Below are positions 10,079 through 19,951 of a stretch of 64,000 nucleotides of DNA, piece after piece. The position numbers and the translations under genes were made by a program. Each line of letters starts with the position of its first letter. The first letter of the stretch is position 1. Source of the stretch: an uncultured Gammaproteobacteria bacterium (GTDB taxonomy: Bacteria > Patescibacteriota > Microgenomatia > Daviesbacterales > UBA10151); contig CAZYPW010000002.1 of assembly GCA_964649615.1 (NCBI GenBank), positions 2,969 through 66,968 of the forward strand, in the 5' to 3' direction. The notes under the pieces were generated by a model, which saw nothing but the letters and a program-made list of their open reading frames with translations, was not told where the DNA came from and made no database searches.

Positions 10079-10767
10079 GCCAAGTTGAATCAACTGATTC
10101 AAAACTGATCCACCGACCCCAATATAGCTTCGCTAATCCCGACTCCGCTCTTTTTCTCACCGGTACTCCTTTATCAGGTAAATCTACGATAGCTCCTTTA
10201 GTTGCTGCCAATATTGAAGGTTGTACTGTTCAGAATATGGATATTATCCGGTTATTAGCCCAGGAAATGGAAACACGTAAACCGGAAAGTGAAAGAAATC
10301 CCTTCGTAAGGTATGGCTCTTGCGACAGTTATCTTTTTGTAGGAGATGGTTCGTACTCACCCCAGAGCCTTGTGACTGGATTTAATTACTATGCACGGGC
10401 TGTTTCTTCCTTATTAACAGGAATTATCCCAAGGTTAGAAGTTCAGGGAGCACAAAGAGTGTTATTTGAAGGTGTTCAATTAACACCAGGAATAGTATCC
10501 CCGTTTTTAGTTGGTAATAATAAGTTAATAGTAATTACCTCAGATGAGGCTAGATTAGGTGCTAATAGAGATAAACGCTACGGCAAAGATAAAGAATTAC
10601 TTGAGAGGTATTCACTTGATAGATTATTATTATTGCAAGGAGAAATTATGAGGCAAAGCCAACAAGTTCCTCCTGATAAAATATTTTTTGTTGATAATTC
10701 TGGAGATTATATAGATTCAACAATGCGGATAATTCGTCTTTTAATAGCTGAAGGCATAATTGCTTAA
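10075..10767 (+). CDS. P-loop small-molecule kinase (2-phosphoglycerate kinase-like)
   Basis: GTPLSGKST Walker A and VLFEGVQLTP. Confidence 0.65.
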   Translation: MSQVESTDSKLIHRPQYSFANPDSALFLTGTPLSGKSTIAPLVAANIEGCTVQNMDIIRLLAQEMETRKPESERNPFVRYGSCDSYLFVGDGSYSPQSLVTGFNYYARAVSSLLTGIIPRLEVQGAQRVLFEGVQLTPGIVSPFLVGNNKLIVITSDEARLGANRDKRYGKDKELLERYSLDRLLLLQGEIMRQSQQVPPDKIFFVDNSGDYIDSTMRIIRLLIAEGIIA

Positions 10768-10791
10768 ATTTAATTTTGGTATACTCTATGT

Positions 10792-11508
10792 ATGGAACAG
10801 GTTTTTTTCGAGGAAATTAATGGCAAAAAAGTTTTTTGTTTCTTATCAGAACCAAATAATTTATCTAAAAAGATAGTTATTATGAGCCATGGTTTCAGGG
10901 GTACTAATGTAGGACCTGCCAGACAATTTGTAGATTTTCAGAGGATACTTAGTAAAGAGGGTTTTTCAGTGCTTCGTTTTGACCAGCCCAATAGCGGAAA
11001 CTCAGAAGGGAACTATATTAACTCTTCATTTAAGGAATGGGTAAATACAATTGTCTATTTTGCAAAGAAATATATTGACTTAGGGTATGATGTAAACATT
11101 TTGGGACAAAGCATGGGTGCCACAGCTACAGTTATAGCGACAAATGACCAGAAAATAGAAGATAAAGTATCCTGTTTGTTACTTTGGGTGCCTGATCCAG
11201 AAACAGATTTTTCCGGTGAATCACAAGAAATTTATGAAGAAGGTGGCCAGAAATATAAAGGAAGTTTTTGGCAGGAAGCAAAAGATGCTGACTTTTTTCA
11301 ATGCTTAAATAATTACCAAGGTAAGATACATCTAGTATATGGAGAGGTAGATAGATATATAACAAAATATTTGATCAATAAAACAATAAAAATTGTACGG
11401 GAGAAAGGACAAGACGTAATGATATTAAAAAATCAGGATCATAGTCCTTGGGAGTTTGATTTAGTACAAGAAGTTTATAAACAAGAATTAGCCAAACTAC
11501 GAGAATAA
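10792..11508 (+). CDS. Alpha/beta hydrolase
   Basis: HGF, GQSMG nucleophile elbow, GEVD and DH. Confidence 0.85.
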   Translation: MEQVFFEEINGKKVFCFLSEPNNLSKKIVIMSHGFRGTNVGPARQFVDFQRILSKEGFSVLRFDQPNSGNSEGNYINSSFKEWVNTIVYFAKKYIDLGYDVNILGQSMGATATVIATNDQKIEDKVSCLLLWVPDPETDFSGESQEIYEEGGQKYKGSFWQEAKDADFFQCLNNYQGKIHLVYGEVDRYITKYLINKTIKIVREKGQDVMILKNQDHSPWEFDLVQEVYKQELAKLRE

Positions 11509-11514
11509 ATTTCA

Positions 11515-12504
11515 ATGGAACAGATTAATGAATCACTATCGATGGTACTCAGTGCAGCAGATAAGACCTATATATTAACTAGTCTCGTAGTTGAGTTTAT
11601 TGATGTCCTACAAAGAGATGGTGCGACTAGAACAACAGACATTGCTAGGGCAACTTCTTTACCCAAACGAACACTAAGACGGTTAGTTGGCGAACTCGAT
11701 TCTTGTGTGAGGATAGATCGTGATCGTTATTCATTAACTAGCGAAGGGGAACATCTGGCTTCAGAATTATTTAGCTACCGACAAAAACGCTTTGGGGAAG
11801 TGGAGAAAAGAGGAGAACAAGGGTTGGTATTGCTAGAACAGATTGAGAAGGAGCGGGGCCCATCAAAGAGAAATCTTGATCAATTCCGAGTAACACCAGC
11901 AACATCCATTGTCAGAGCTAAGCTGGCAGATGAGAAATTCGATATTGTGGGTAGGCGAATTGTCTTCTTGGGTGATAATGACCTTACGTCAGTAGCCGTA
12001 GCCACTCTTGGTGGTTCATCTAGGATAACTGTGCTTGATATAGATAGTGATGTTCTAGAAGCGATAACTAGAACAGCTAAACTACGCGATTTGAACATCG
12101 AGTGCGTTTCGTATGATGCCAGAGAGCCGCTTAAATCCAATCTGCGCGACAGCTTTGATATACTCTTTACTGATCCGCCTTACACTCGAAGTGGTGTGCG
12201 TTTGTTCTTATCGCGAGCGGCAGGGCTTTTGAATGAAGCACCTGGAACATCCTACTTCTCGTACGGTTTTAGCCTCCGCGCCCGCGAACGCGGACTTGCA
12301 ATACAGCGGTTGATTGCTGAACAAGGCTGGCTCGTTTACGGTATGTGGCCAGGATTCAATCAGTATTACGCGGCAGGTTCAATTGGAGCACGATCTGATT
12401 TATATCGTTTGATTCGTACCCCAAAGACAGTAAACCTAGTCCCAGGACGTTTCCTTGATAACATCTATACAGGCCTAGATTTATCACAACCGCATTTGGC
12501 ATAA
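11515..12504 (+). CDS. Bis(aminopropyl)spermidine synthase (BpsA/DUF43)-like protein with N-terminal HTH
   Basis: LDQF, FLGDNDLTS, LDID, YDAREPL, TDPPYT and FNQY. Confidence 0.7.
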   Translation: MEQINESLSMVLSAADKTYILTSLVVEFIDVLQRDGATRTTDIARATSLPKRTLRRLVGELDSCVRIDRDRYSLTSEGEHLASELFSYRQKRFGEVEKRGEQGLVLLEQIEKERGPSKRNLDQFRVTPATSIVRAKLADEKFDIVGRRIVFLGDNDLTSVAVATLGGSSRITVLDIDSDVLEAITRTAKLRDLNIECVSYDAREPLKSNLRDSFDILFTDPPYTRSGVRLFLSRAAGLLNEAPGTSYFSYGFSLRARERGLAIQRLIAEQGWLVYGMWPGFNQYYAAGSIGARSDLYRLIRTPKTVNLVPGRFLDNIYTGLDLSQPHLA

Positions 12505-12545
12505 ATAGAAATCTATGCTAGAATTAGCAACTCAAAGTCAATCAA

Positions 12546-13568
12546 ATGGCAAAACAAGAATTTATAGGATATAGTACTCATTGTCTTCAAGACGTTCAGA
12601 GGCGTTTAGCCCAAGTAGACGCAACTCCAAATGAGGAAATTGGGCAACATTTCCTGGTTAATCAAGGAGCTATAGATTTGTTGGCACAAACAGTAAATCC
12701 AGGGAGTACTGTAATAGAGGTAGGCTGTGGGGTAGGACATATAACTGAAAGGTTGGCAGAAAGAGCAGCAAAGTTACATGGTATTGAGATTGACCGAAGG
12801 TATAGGCCTCTTCTGGATGGGTTGACTAGCAGATTCAGTAATTTAAATGTAATTTATGGGGATGCATTAGCAGTAGATTTTGATAGGCTATTACATGGTG
12901 ATAAACAAGAAGATGGGCAAATTATTGCAAGTTTACCGTATCATATTACTGAACCATTTATACAAAAAGTTACTCCGCTAAAATTGTCTAGTGTAACTTT
13001 AGTAGTAGGTAGAAGGTATGCTGACTCAATAGCTGCTTCAGTTGATTCAGGTGAGTTTGGCAGATTAAGTATTCTAACTGCAACATTTTTTGATGTTGAA
13101 ACACTGGCAACAATTCAAAGAGATGGATTCTTCCCGATTCCAAGAACTGATTCAGCAATGGTACAGCTTAGACCAAGAGAGCCAGAAGAAGTAGGATCTA
13201 ATAGAAGAGATATCATATTTAGACATTTATTTCTGACATCAAAGCAAAATTCAACATTAAGAAAGGGTTTGAAGGAAGGATTAGATGTATTTGAACTAGC
13301 TAGAGATAGTATAGGTTTATCTAAAAAGGAACGTAACCGTAAATCCAGAGTCAATACAAAACTACGTTTAAGAGAAGCTTTAGGACAGGTTAATAGAGGG
13401 AATGTCGATAGTGAAAATCAATCAGATGCTTCTAATTCAGCAAGTTTACTGTCCAGATTGAGTAGAAATACAATCGCCAAATTAAATATTCCCGATATGA
13501 CACTTGATAAGCCATTTGCGCTACTCAATAATTCAGAATTAAGAATGCTCTATCAGTCTTTAGGTTAA
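12546..13568 (+). CDS. rRNA adenine N6-(di)methyltransferase, KsgA/Erm family, with extended C-terminus
   Basis: GQHFL, EVGCGVG, IEID, SLPYHIT and FFPIPRTDS. Confidence 0.8.
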   Translation: MAKQEFIGYSTHCLQDVQRRLAQVDATPNEEIGQHFLVNQGAIDLLAQTVNPGSTVIEVGCGVGHITERLAERAAKLHGIEIDRRYRPLLDGLTSRFSNLNVIYGDALAVDFDRLLHGDKQEDGQIIASLPYHITEPFIQKVTPLKLSSVTLVVGRRYADSIAASVDSGEFGRLSILTATFFDVETLATIQRDGFFPIPRTDSAMVQLRPREPEEVGSNRRDIIFRHLFLTSKQNSTLRKGLKEGLDVFELARDSIGLSKKERNRKSRVNTKLRLREALGQVNRGNVDSENQSDASNSASLLSRLSRNTIAKLNIPDMTLDKPFALLNNSELRMLYQSLG

Positions 13569-13825
13569 TCTTTCCAAGCGAATATCTTATAGGAAGGGAT
13601 CGTTTCTCTTTTCTGGTATTATTTCGTATATGCCTGAATTAGATAAATCTTTTGTAGAAATTAAAAAGTAGCTCAAGATATTTAAAGAGTGTTTCTCTCT
13701 GTTTAATAGTTGTAAGTGGCTCAATAACTGGTGCTACCCTAGCATCATTTAACTTGTAAACTCCAGAGGAAATTTTTTATTTTCTTTCTTGCTCTCTTCT
13801 TTCTAAATCTCTTTTATGCTGTGAT

Positions 13826-14041
13826 GCCTCATATAAAAAAGGAGAGGGTAGTAAAGAAATATTAGAAAGTTTTAGTAGTAATAAATCAAGATTCTATACT
13901 TTCTTAACTAAAGAAAATTTAAATAGCTTGCTGGAAGATGCAGGTTTTAAGATTATTGAGACTTATGAAATAAATGAGAGGGAAAGATTTGGACCTACAA
14001 AACGAGATCTTATTTGGATCCACTCCTTCTCAAAAATATAA
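13826..14041 (+). pseudogene. 3' remnant of a SAM methyltransferase
   Basis: Start-less frame KKGEGSKE..SRFYTFLTKENLNSLLEDAGFKII..WI, ending TAA at 14041. Confidence 0.5.
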
Positions 14042-14066
14042 TTTATCTTGTTCTGACAGTCTAAAG

Positions 14067-14140
14067 TACCGCGTACGGGAGTCGAACCCGTGATTTCTGG
14101 GATGAAAACCCAACGTCCTAGGCCACTAGACGAACGCGGC
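14067..14140 (-). tRNA. tRNA-Glu(TTC)
   Basis: Acceptor stem GCCGCGT/ACGCGGT, anticodon arm TTGGG-TTTTCAT-CCCAG, T arm GTTCGACTC. No encoded CCA. Confidence 0.95.
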
Positions 14141-14212
14141 ATATTAAAATTTTAAGGTATATTCGCCTGGCGCTTACGCACTAGCCAAACGTGGCGCAGT
14201 GAAAATTATACC

Positions 14213-14614
14213 TTAATTTATATATCCATGCATCTTGAGCCATGGGAAAATTGTTCTTTTGGCAATGACAGATAAATTTTTAGGGGCAGAGTTTGTATCA
14301 AAATAATCAATCTCCACCACCTCTGATGAAGGCTTTGGCTCACCTACCAGTTTCCCCTCATACATCCTAAGGTGCAATATACCCTGATCACCGTGAGCAA
14401 CATCCTCAAACGTAGCCAGATACTTTAAAGATTGCTCATCCACCTCGCAGCCTAACTCTTCTTTTATTTCTCTTTTTATACAATCTATATCTGATTCCCC
14501 TTTCTCAATTTTCCCTCCCAAGGTATAAAACACCTCATCCTGCTTGTTAGTCCTCACCTGCAGCATTTTTTTGTCTTTAAAATAAGCCAAAGCCACTTTC
14601 TTAACAATCCTCAT
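14213..14614 (-). CDS. NUDIX hydrolase
   Basis: Nudix box GGKIEKGESDIDCIKREIKEELG. Confidence 0.9.
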   Translation of the reverse strand: MRIVKKVALAYFKDKKMLQVRTNKQDEVFYTLGGKIEKGESDIDCIKREIKEELGCEVDEQSLKYLATFEDVAHGDQGILHLRMYEGKLVGEPKPSSEVVEIDYFDTNSAPKNLSVIAKRTIFPWLKMHGYIN

Positions 14615-14644
14615 TACTAATCAGTATATGATATACTTTCTATC

Positions 14645-15520
14645 ATGCAAGCATCAGAAGATTTATTGGTTCCCATTAAACTAGGCATTATTGGCTATGG
14701 TTTTGTGGGTCAGGCTGTTGCCAACGGCTTCAGGGAAGCATCCTTTGGGAAGGATACCATTCTTTGGTATGACAAATACAAGGATGGAAGCTCTTTGGAA
14801 GATACTATAAAGAGAAGTGAATTCATCTTTGTTTGTCTGCCTACTCCTATGAAACAGGATGAATCTGGAATAGAACTGTCTATTTTTGAAGAAATGATTC
14901 CACAAATTACTAAACTAACAGACAAAACAGACAAAATTATTATTATTAAATCCACTGTGACCCCAGGTACAACTGCCAAATTTGAAAAAAGTTTTCCTAA
15001 TTCTCATTTCTGTTTTAGCCCGGAATTTCTAACAGAGGCTAATTTTTTGGATGATTTTATTAATGCTGAAAGAACAGTGATTGGGGCCAATAATGATTTA
15101 ATTTTAAGAAGGGTGGCGGTGGTTTTTAAACAAAGATTTCCTAACACTCAGCTTTTTTTGACAGACCCAATAACAGCTGAAACTGTCAAATATTTTGCCA
15201 ATGCTTTTCTTTCCTTAAAAGTTACCTTTGCCAATTATTTTTATGATTACTGCCAGGCTTTAGGGATTAAATATGAGGAAGTCAAGAAAATGGCTGCAGC
15301 AGATCACAGAATAGGAAATTATCATCTGGAGGTTACCACCAACAGAGGTTTTGGGGGGAAGTGTTTTCCCAAGGATTTGGTAGCTATCATGGGAGAGTTT
15401 AAAAAATTAGGAGTAAATACATCTTTGTTAGAAACTATGTGGGAATATAATAAAAAAATCAGAAAAGTCCATGATTGGGAAGAGATTCCATTTGCTGTAG
15501 AAGGTAACCACAAGAAATAA
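14645..15520 (+). CDS. UDP-glucose/GDP-mannose dehydrogenase family, short form
   Basis: GYGFVG, CLPTP, KSTVTPG, PEFL and GFGGKCFPKD. Confidence 0.85.
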   Translation: MQASEDLLVPIKLGIIGYGFVGQAVANGFREASFGKDTILWYDKYKDGSSLEDTIKRSEFIFVCLPTPMKQDESGIELSIFEEMIPQITKLTDKTDKIIIIKSTVTPGTTAKFEKSFPNSHFCFSPEFLTEANFLDDFINAERTVIGANNDLILRRVAVVFKQRFPNTQLFLTDPITAETVKYFANAFLSLKVTFANYFYDYCQALGIKYEEVKKMAAADHRIGNYHLEVTTNRGFGGKCFPKDLVAIMGEFKKLGVNTSLLETMWEYNKKIRKVHDWEEIPFAVEGNHKK

Positions 15521-15551
15521 TTTCTTTTTTGATGTGATGAGTGACCACCTC

Positions 15552-15911
15552 TTATGAAGTAATATTTTTAATTAATTCTATCTTAGGCTTTTGGGGATCC
15601 TCTGCAAAATCTACTGAAATAAAATCTAACCTATATTCTTTCCATCCCCACTTAATCTTTAGAACATAAAATTGGGCAGTTTTTAAAAGGGCTTTAATTT
15701 TCCAGGGGGTCATACTTTCTACAGGGGGGCCAAAATCATGTGAATATCTTGTTTTCACTTCCACAAAAACCAAAGTATCCCCATCTTTACAAACAATATC
15801 TATCTCCCCTCCCCTTATTCTATAATTTCTTTCTAAAATTTTAAACCCAAGTTTTTTAAGATACTCACAGGCTAACTCCTCCCCATAATTACCAGTTAAT
15901 TTATTAGCCAC
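15552..15911 (-). CDS. yraN: YraN family endonuclease-like protein
   Basis: GEELACEYL, GEIDIV and FVEVKTR. Confidence 0.9.
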   Translation of the reverse strand: MANKLTGNYGEELACEYLKKLGFKILERNYRIRGGEIDIVCKDGDTLVFVEVKTRYSHDFGPPVESMTPWKIKALLKTAQFYVLKIKWGWKEYRLDFISVDFAEDPQKPKIELIKNITS

Positions 15912-15923
15912 GGGATCTTCTTT

Positions 15924-16238
15924 TTATACTCTTACTGCTGACTTACCTGTTAAATTTCTTAAGTAATATAATTTAGACCTTCTGACCCCAGCAGTTTTTT
16001 TCTTAACCTCAATTTTAACTAAATTTTTCCCGTCAAGCGGCCAGGTTCGCTCTACCCCAACTCCGGCTGCCCCTATTTTTCTAACTGTAAAAGTAGCATT
16101 TTCTCCACGCCCTCTTAAACTAATTAGGATGCCTTCAAAAACCTGCACTCTAGTTTTTCCACTCTCAATAATTTGAGCATGCACTCTTAAAGTATCACCT
16201 ATATGAATTTGTTGATCAGCAAATTTTCCTGAAATCAT
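15924..16238 (-). CDS. rplS: 50S ribosomal protein L19
   Basis: GDTLRV, QVFEG, FTVRK, GVER and [10 protein letters not shown]. Confidence 0.95.
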   Translation of the reverse strand: MISGKFADQQIHIGDTLRVHAQIIESGKTRVQVFEGILISLRGRGENATFTVRKIGAAGVGVERTWPLDGKNLVKIEVKKKTAGVRRSKLYYLRNLTGKSAVRV

Positions 16239-16257
16239 GGCTAAATATTAACACAGG

Positions 16258-19200
16258 TTATATTCTTTTAAAAGACCCTTTGCCTAATGCCTGAATAATT
16301 TGATTCTCCAAACTTGGAGTTGGATCAACGCTAAAGGGAAGATTCATTCTCCTTAACCCGTTTCCACCATTTGGCAGGATTAAAGAAACAGCAACATTTC
16401 CAGGATACTCTCTCAGAGTCCGATTAATGTTTTTTAGAATGTTAATATCTAATCCAACAGGCACATAAATCTCAATAGATTTTTTGCTCACCACCTCAAA
16501 ATAATCACCACCCTCTTCAAATAAGGCAATCTTGTCTATCACCAAAGAAATCTTTTCTTCTCTTTTATCAATTCTGCCTAATGTTATCACCACCTGGTCT
16601 CGCATTAAAAAGCTTTTGCTTTCTTCATATGTTTTAGGAAAAACAACTGCCTCAATATCTGAAGTCCCATCTGAAATTCTAATAAAAGCCATCTCAGCAC
16701 CACTTTTTTTAGTTAAAACTTTTTTCATCTCAGTGATCACTCCGCCTAAAACCAATTTCTGGCCCACATGCTCCTCGGTTAAATCTGCAATTTTAACAGA
16801 AATATGGTTTACAATTTGTTTTAATTTGGGCAGAAATGGCGGTTCATGCAGATAAAAACCTAATAAATCTTTTTCAAAAATTAACAGTTGCTCTAAAGGA
16901 AGTTCATCTACATTTGGAAGTTTAATATTAGAAGTAGAGTCTCCTACCATATCAAACAAAAATCCCTGGCCAGATAACTTAGATTTGTTTAACTTATGGC
17001 TATCATTAATGACTTGGTCCAAAACTAAAAGTTGGGCAGCCCTATTGCCAAAGGCGTCAAGTGCCCCGCTCTTTACTAAACTCTCCAGAGTTTTCCTGTT
17101 AACTAACCTGTTATCTACCTTGGAACAAAGATCAAAAAGAGAAGTAAAAGCTTCATTTTTTCTTCCGGCAATAATGGATAAAATCGCACTTCCTCCCACA
17201 TTTTTAATTGCAGAAAGCCCAAACCTTATTCCTTGATTCTGCTTACCTTTTTGGTATTGCGCCCCCAAACTCTTTTTTAAATCATATTCAGACAAGGGAG
17301 ATAAGTCCTCTATGCTAAAACCAACCCCTGATTTATTTACATCCGGAGGCAACACCACTATCCCTAATCTTTTGCACTCATTAATCGCCAAAGCTACTTT
17401 ATCAGTGTTGCCAGACTCTGCAGTCATCACAGCAGCCATAAATTCTACAGGAAAGTTGGCTTTCATATAAGCTGTTTGATAAGAAACTACAGCGTAACTT
17501 GCAGCATGGGCTTTATTAAAACCATAGGCTGCAAAAGGAGCAATTAATCCAAATAGCTCTTCAGCTTTATTAGCTTTCATTCCATTTTTTATGCACCCTT
17601 CTATGAATTTACCCTTTTGCTTAGCCATTTCCGCAGGATTTTTTTTGCCCATCGCTTTTCTAAATTTATCTGCCTCTTCCCAAGTATAACCAGCTAAATT
17701 AATTGCTGTTAACAAAACATCATCCTGGTAAACCAGCAACCCTAATGATTGTTTAGTATAATCTTTCATTCTAGAATCAAAATATTGAATTTTTTTAAGG
17801 TCATGTTTTCTGGATATATACTCTGGTATAACGCTCATTGGCCCAGGCCTATATAAAGCCACCATTGCCTGGATATCAAATATATTAGTTGGCTTAAGGG
17901 CTACTAAATTTTTGGTCATGCCAGAGGACTCCATCTGAAAAATACCCATAGTGTCACCTTTTGCCATGAGCCCATAAGCTTTTTTACTGGCAGAGGAACC
18001 TGACTCATCGTACATAGGAATTTTATTTAAATCTACCAGAATCCCTTTATTTTCTTTCACAAATTCCACAGCTTTTCCCAAAATTGATAGATTTCTTATG
18101 CCCAAAAGATCCATTTTAACCAGTCCTGCATCTTCCACAGAAAACATGTCATATTGGGAAACTAATTTTTCTCCATTTGCTTCTCTTTGCAAAGGAGTAA
18201 AGTTATTAATATCATCCGGAGCAATCACAATCCCTGCAGCATGGACTGATGCATGCCTAACAGTTCCCTCAATATTAACAGCTAAATCAAGCAGCCTTTT
18301 AATATCCGTGCTGCTTTTATACATCAGGGATAATTCAGGAACTTCTTTAATGCAATCAGACAAAGGCTTATGGAAACCCTGGTGGGGTGGGGGAACTAAT
18401 TTAGCTATTTTATCTACATCAGAATAACTCATTCCTAAAACTCTTCCTACATCACGGATTGCTGCCCTACCCATCATAGTTCCAAAAGTAACAATATGGG
18501 CAACCTGGTCTTCACCGTATTTTTTCATTACATAAGCAATAACTTCATCTCTTCTATCGTCAGCTATATCTGCATCTATATCTGGAAGAGTGGGCCTATA
18601 AATTGTTAAAAATCTTTCAAAAGGCAGAAGATAATCTAGAGGATTTAAATTAGTTACTCCTAGGCAGTATAAAACCATAGACCCTGCAGCAGAACCACGG
18701 GTGTTGGTAATTATTCCCCGCTCGTGGGCCCATTCCATAAAATCTGCTACCACCAGGAAATAATCTGCATATTTTTTCTTTTCAATCACCCCTAATTCGT
18801 ATTCAATCCTATCTTTAATTTCCTGGGTCATCTTAATCCTATCTTCTGATACCTGGTATGTTTTTTCTTTCAAAACCTCCATAGAAGTTTTACCCTCAGA
18901 TGCTTCAAACACAGGAAATCTAGCTACGCCCAAAGGTATTTCTATATTAACCATATCAGCAATTTTGATTGTTGAATCCAAAGCCTGGGGAATCTCCTTA
19001 AAATCATCCTCCATTTCTTCTGGTGATTTAACAAAATAATCAGGACAATCAATCATTCTTAACCTATCAGTCTCTGTGACAAATTTGCCAGTTTGAACAC
19101 ACAGCAAAATATCCTGGGCTTCTGCATCTGTTTTTTCTATATAATGAAAATCATTGGTAGCTACCGGAGGTATTCCCAACTTTTCTGATAACTCTACTAC

Positions 19201-19827
19201 AGCCTGCCAGGTTAGATTCTGCAATTTTGCCATTTTTTGTTGGTCTTTTTTTATATTTTCATCTGCGCCGTTTTGGGCTGCTTCCCCATAAGGGTGTTTT
19301 TGTAATTCTAAGTAATAATTACCTTCACCAAATATCTCTAAATAGCTTTTAGCTGCCTCTTCTGCCTTTTTTAAACCTAGCTCATCTAAACTTCTGATAA
19401 ATTCACCTGACGGACAACCAGACAAAGCTATTAACCCTTCGTGATACTTTTTTAAAAGCTCTTTGTCTACCCTAGGTCTGTAGTAATAACCATCAACTTG
19501 TGCAATAGTCATTAGCTTCATTAAATTTAAGTAGCCCTGGTAATTTTTAGCAAGCAAGGTTAAATGAAATGGCTCTGCATCCAGCTTTGCTTCTTTGTCT
19601 TTATGGGACCTTTTGGCAACATAAGTTTCCACTCCAATAATAGGTTTTATGCCAGCCTCTTTACATTCTTTATAGAATTCTATTGCTCCATACATTACTC
19701 CATGGTCAGTAATAGCTAGAGCATCCATTCCTAAACCTTTAACTTTTTTCACAAGCTGCGGAATTTTAGAAAGCCCATCTAAAAGAGAATACTGGGTATG
19801 GGAATGAAGGTGTACAAAACGCGCCAT
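16258..19827 (-). CDS. dnaE: DNA polymerase III alpha subunit
   Basis: HLHSHTQYSLLDG, RGSAAGS, PDIDAD and FNKAHAA. Confidence 0.97.
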   Translation of the reverse strand: MARFVHLHSHTQYSLLDGLSKIPQLVKKVKGLGMDALAITDHGVMYGAIEFYKECKEAGIKPIIGVETYVAKRSHKDKEAKLDAEPFHLTLLAKNYQGYLNLMKLMTIAQVDGYYYRPRVDKELLKKYHEGLIALSGCPSGEFIRSLDELGLKKAEEAAKSYLEIFGEGNYYLELQKHPYGEAAQNGADENIKKDQQKMAKLQNLTWQAVVELSEKLGIPPVATNDFHYIEKTDAEAQDILLCVQTGKFVTETDRLRMIDCPDYFVKSPEEMEDDFKEIPQALDSTIKIADMVNIEIPLGVARFPVFEASEGKTSMEVLKEKTYQVSEDRIKMTQEIKDRIEYELGVIEKKKYADYFLVVADFMEWAHERGIITNTRGSAAGSMVLYCLGVTNLNPLDYLLPFERFLTIYRPTLPDIDADIADDRRDEVIAYVMKKYGEDQVAHIVTFGTMMGRAAIRDVGRVLGMSYSDVDKIAKLVPPPHQGFHKPLSDCIKEVPELSLMYKSSTDIKRLLDLAVNIEGTVRHASVHAAGIVIAPDDINNFTPLQREANGEKLVSQYDMFSVEDAGLVKMDLLGIRNLSILGKAVEFVKENKGILVDLNKIPMYDESGSSASKKAYGLMAKGDTMGIFQMESSGMTKNLVALKPTNIFDIQAMVALYRPGPMSVIPEYISRKHDLKKIQYFDSRMKDYTKQSLGLLVYQDDVLLTAINLAGYTWEEADKFRKAMGKKNPAEMAKQKGKFIEGCIKNGMKANKAEELFGLIAPFAAYGFNKAHAASYAVVSYQTAYMKANFPVEFMAAVMTAESGNTDKVALAINECKRLGIVVLPPDVNKSGVGFSIEDLSPLSEYDLKKSLGAQYQKGKQNQGIRFGLSAIKNVGGSAILSIIAGRKNEAFTSLFDLCSKVDNRLVNRKTLESLVKSGALDAFGNRAAQLLVLDQVINDSHKLNKSKLSGQGFLFDMVGDSTSNIKLPNVDELPLEQLLIFEKDLLGFYLHEPPFLPKLKQIVNHISVKIADLTEEHVGQKLVLGGVITEMKKVLTKKSGAEMAFIRISDGTSDIEAVVFPKTYEESKSFLMRDQVVITLGRIDKREEKISLVIDKIALFEEGGDYFEVVSKKSIEIYVPVGLDINILKNINRTLREYPGNVAVSLILPNGGNGLRRMNLPFSVDPTPSLENQIIQALGKGSFKRI

Positions 19828-19852
19828 GATGTTGTCATATTACGCTGGGCTA

Positions 19853-19951
19853 TATAAACTTCCGCGATTTGTAAGTCCGCGGTTTTCTTTAAAAGTTTAC
19901 AAGAAACTGCAGAAAACTCTGACTCATCATACCACCTACCCCGCGGAAGAC
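19853..19951. repeat. ~98-bp structured intergenic repeat, copy 1
   Basis: Matches 61644-61741 with 6 substitutions and 1 indel; bounded by CTTCCGCG/CGCGGAAG. Confidence 0.9.

Noticed and set aside
14161-14203. Hairpin upstream of tRNA-Glu
   Set aside because: Imperfect and single-copy in the window; not enough support for a call.
19853-19951. Hammerhead or twister ribozyme in the 98-bp repeat
   Set aside because: TGATGAG is not conserved in copy 2 (TACTGAG), and I could not fit a complete twister core by eye. A covariance-model search is needed.
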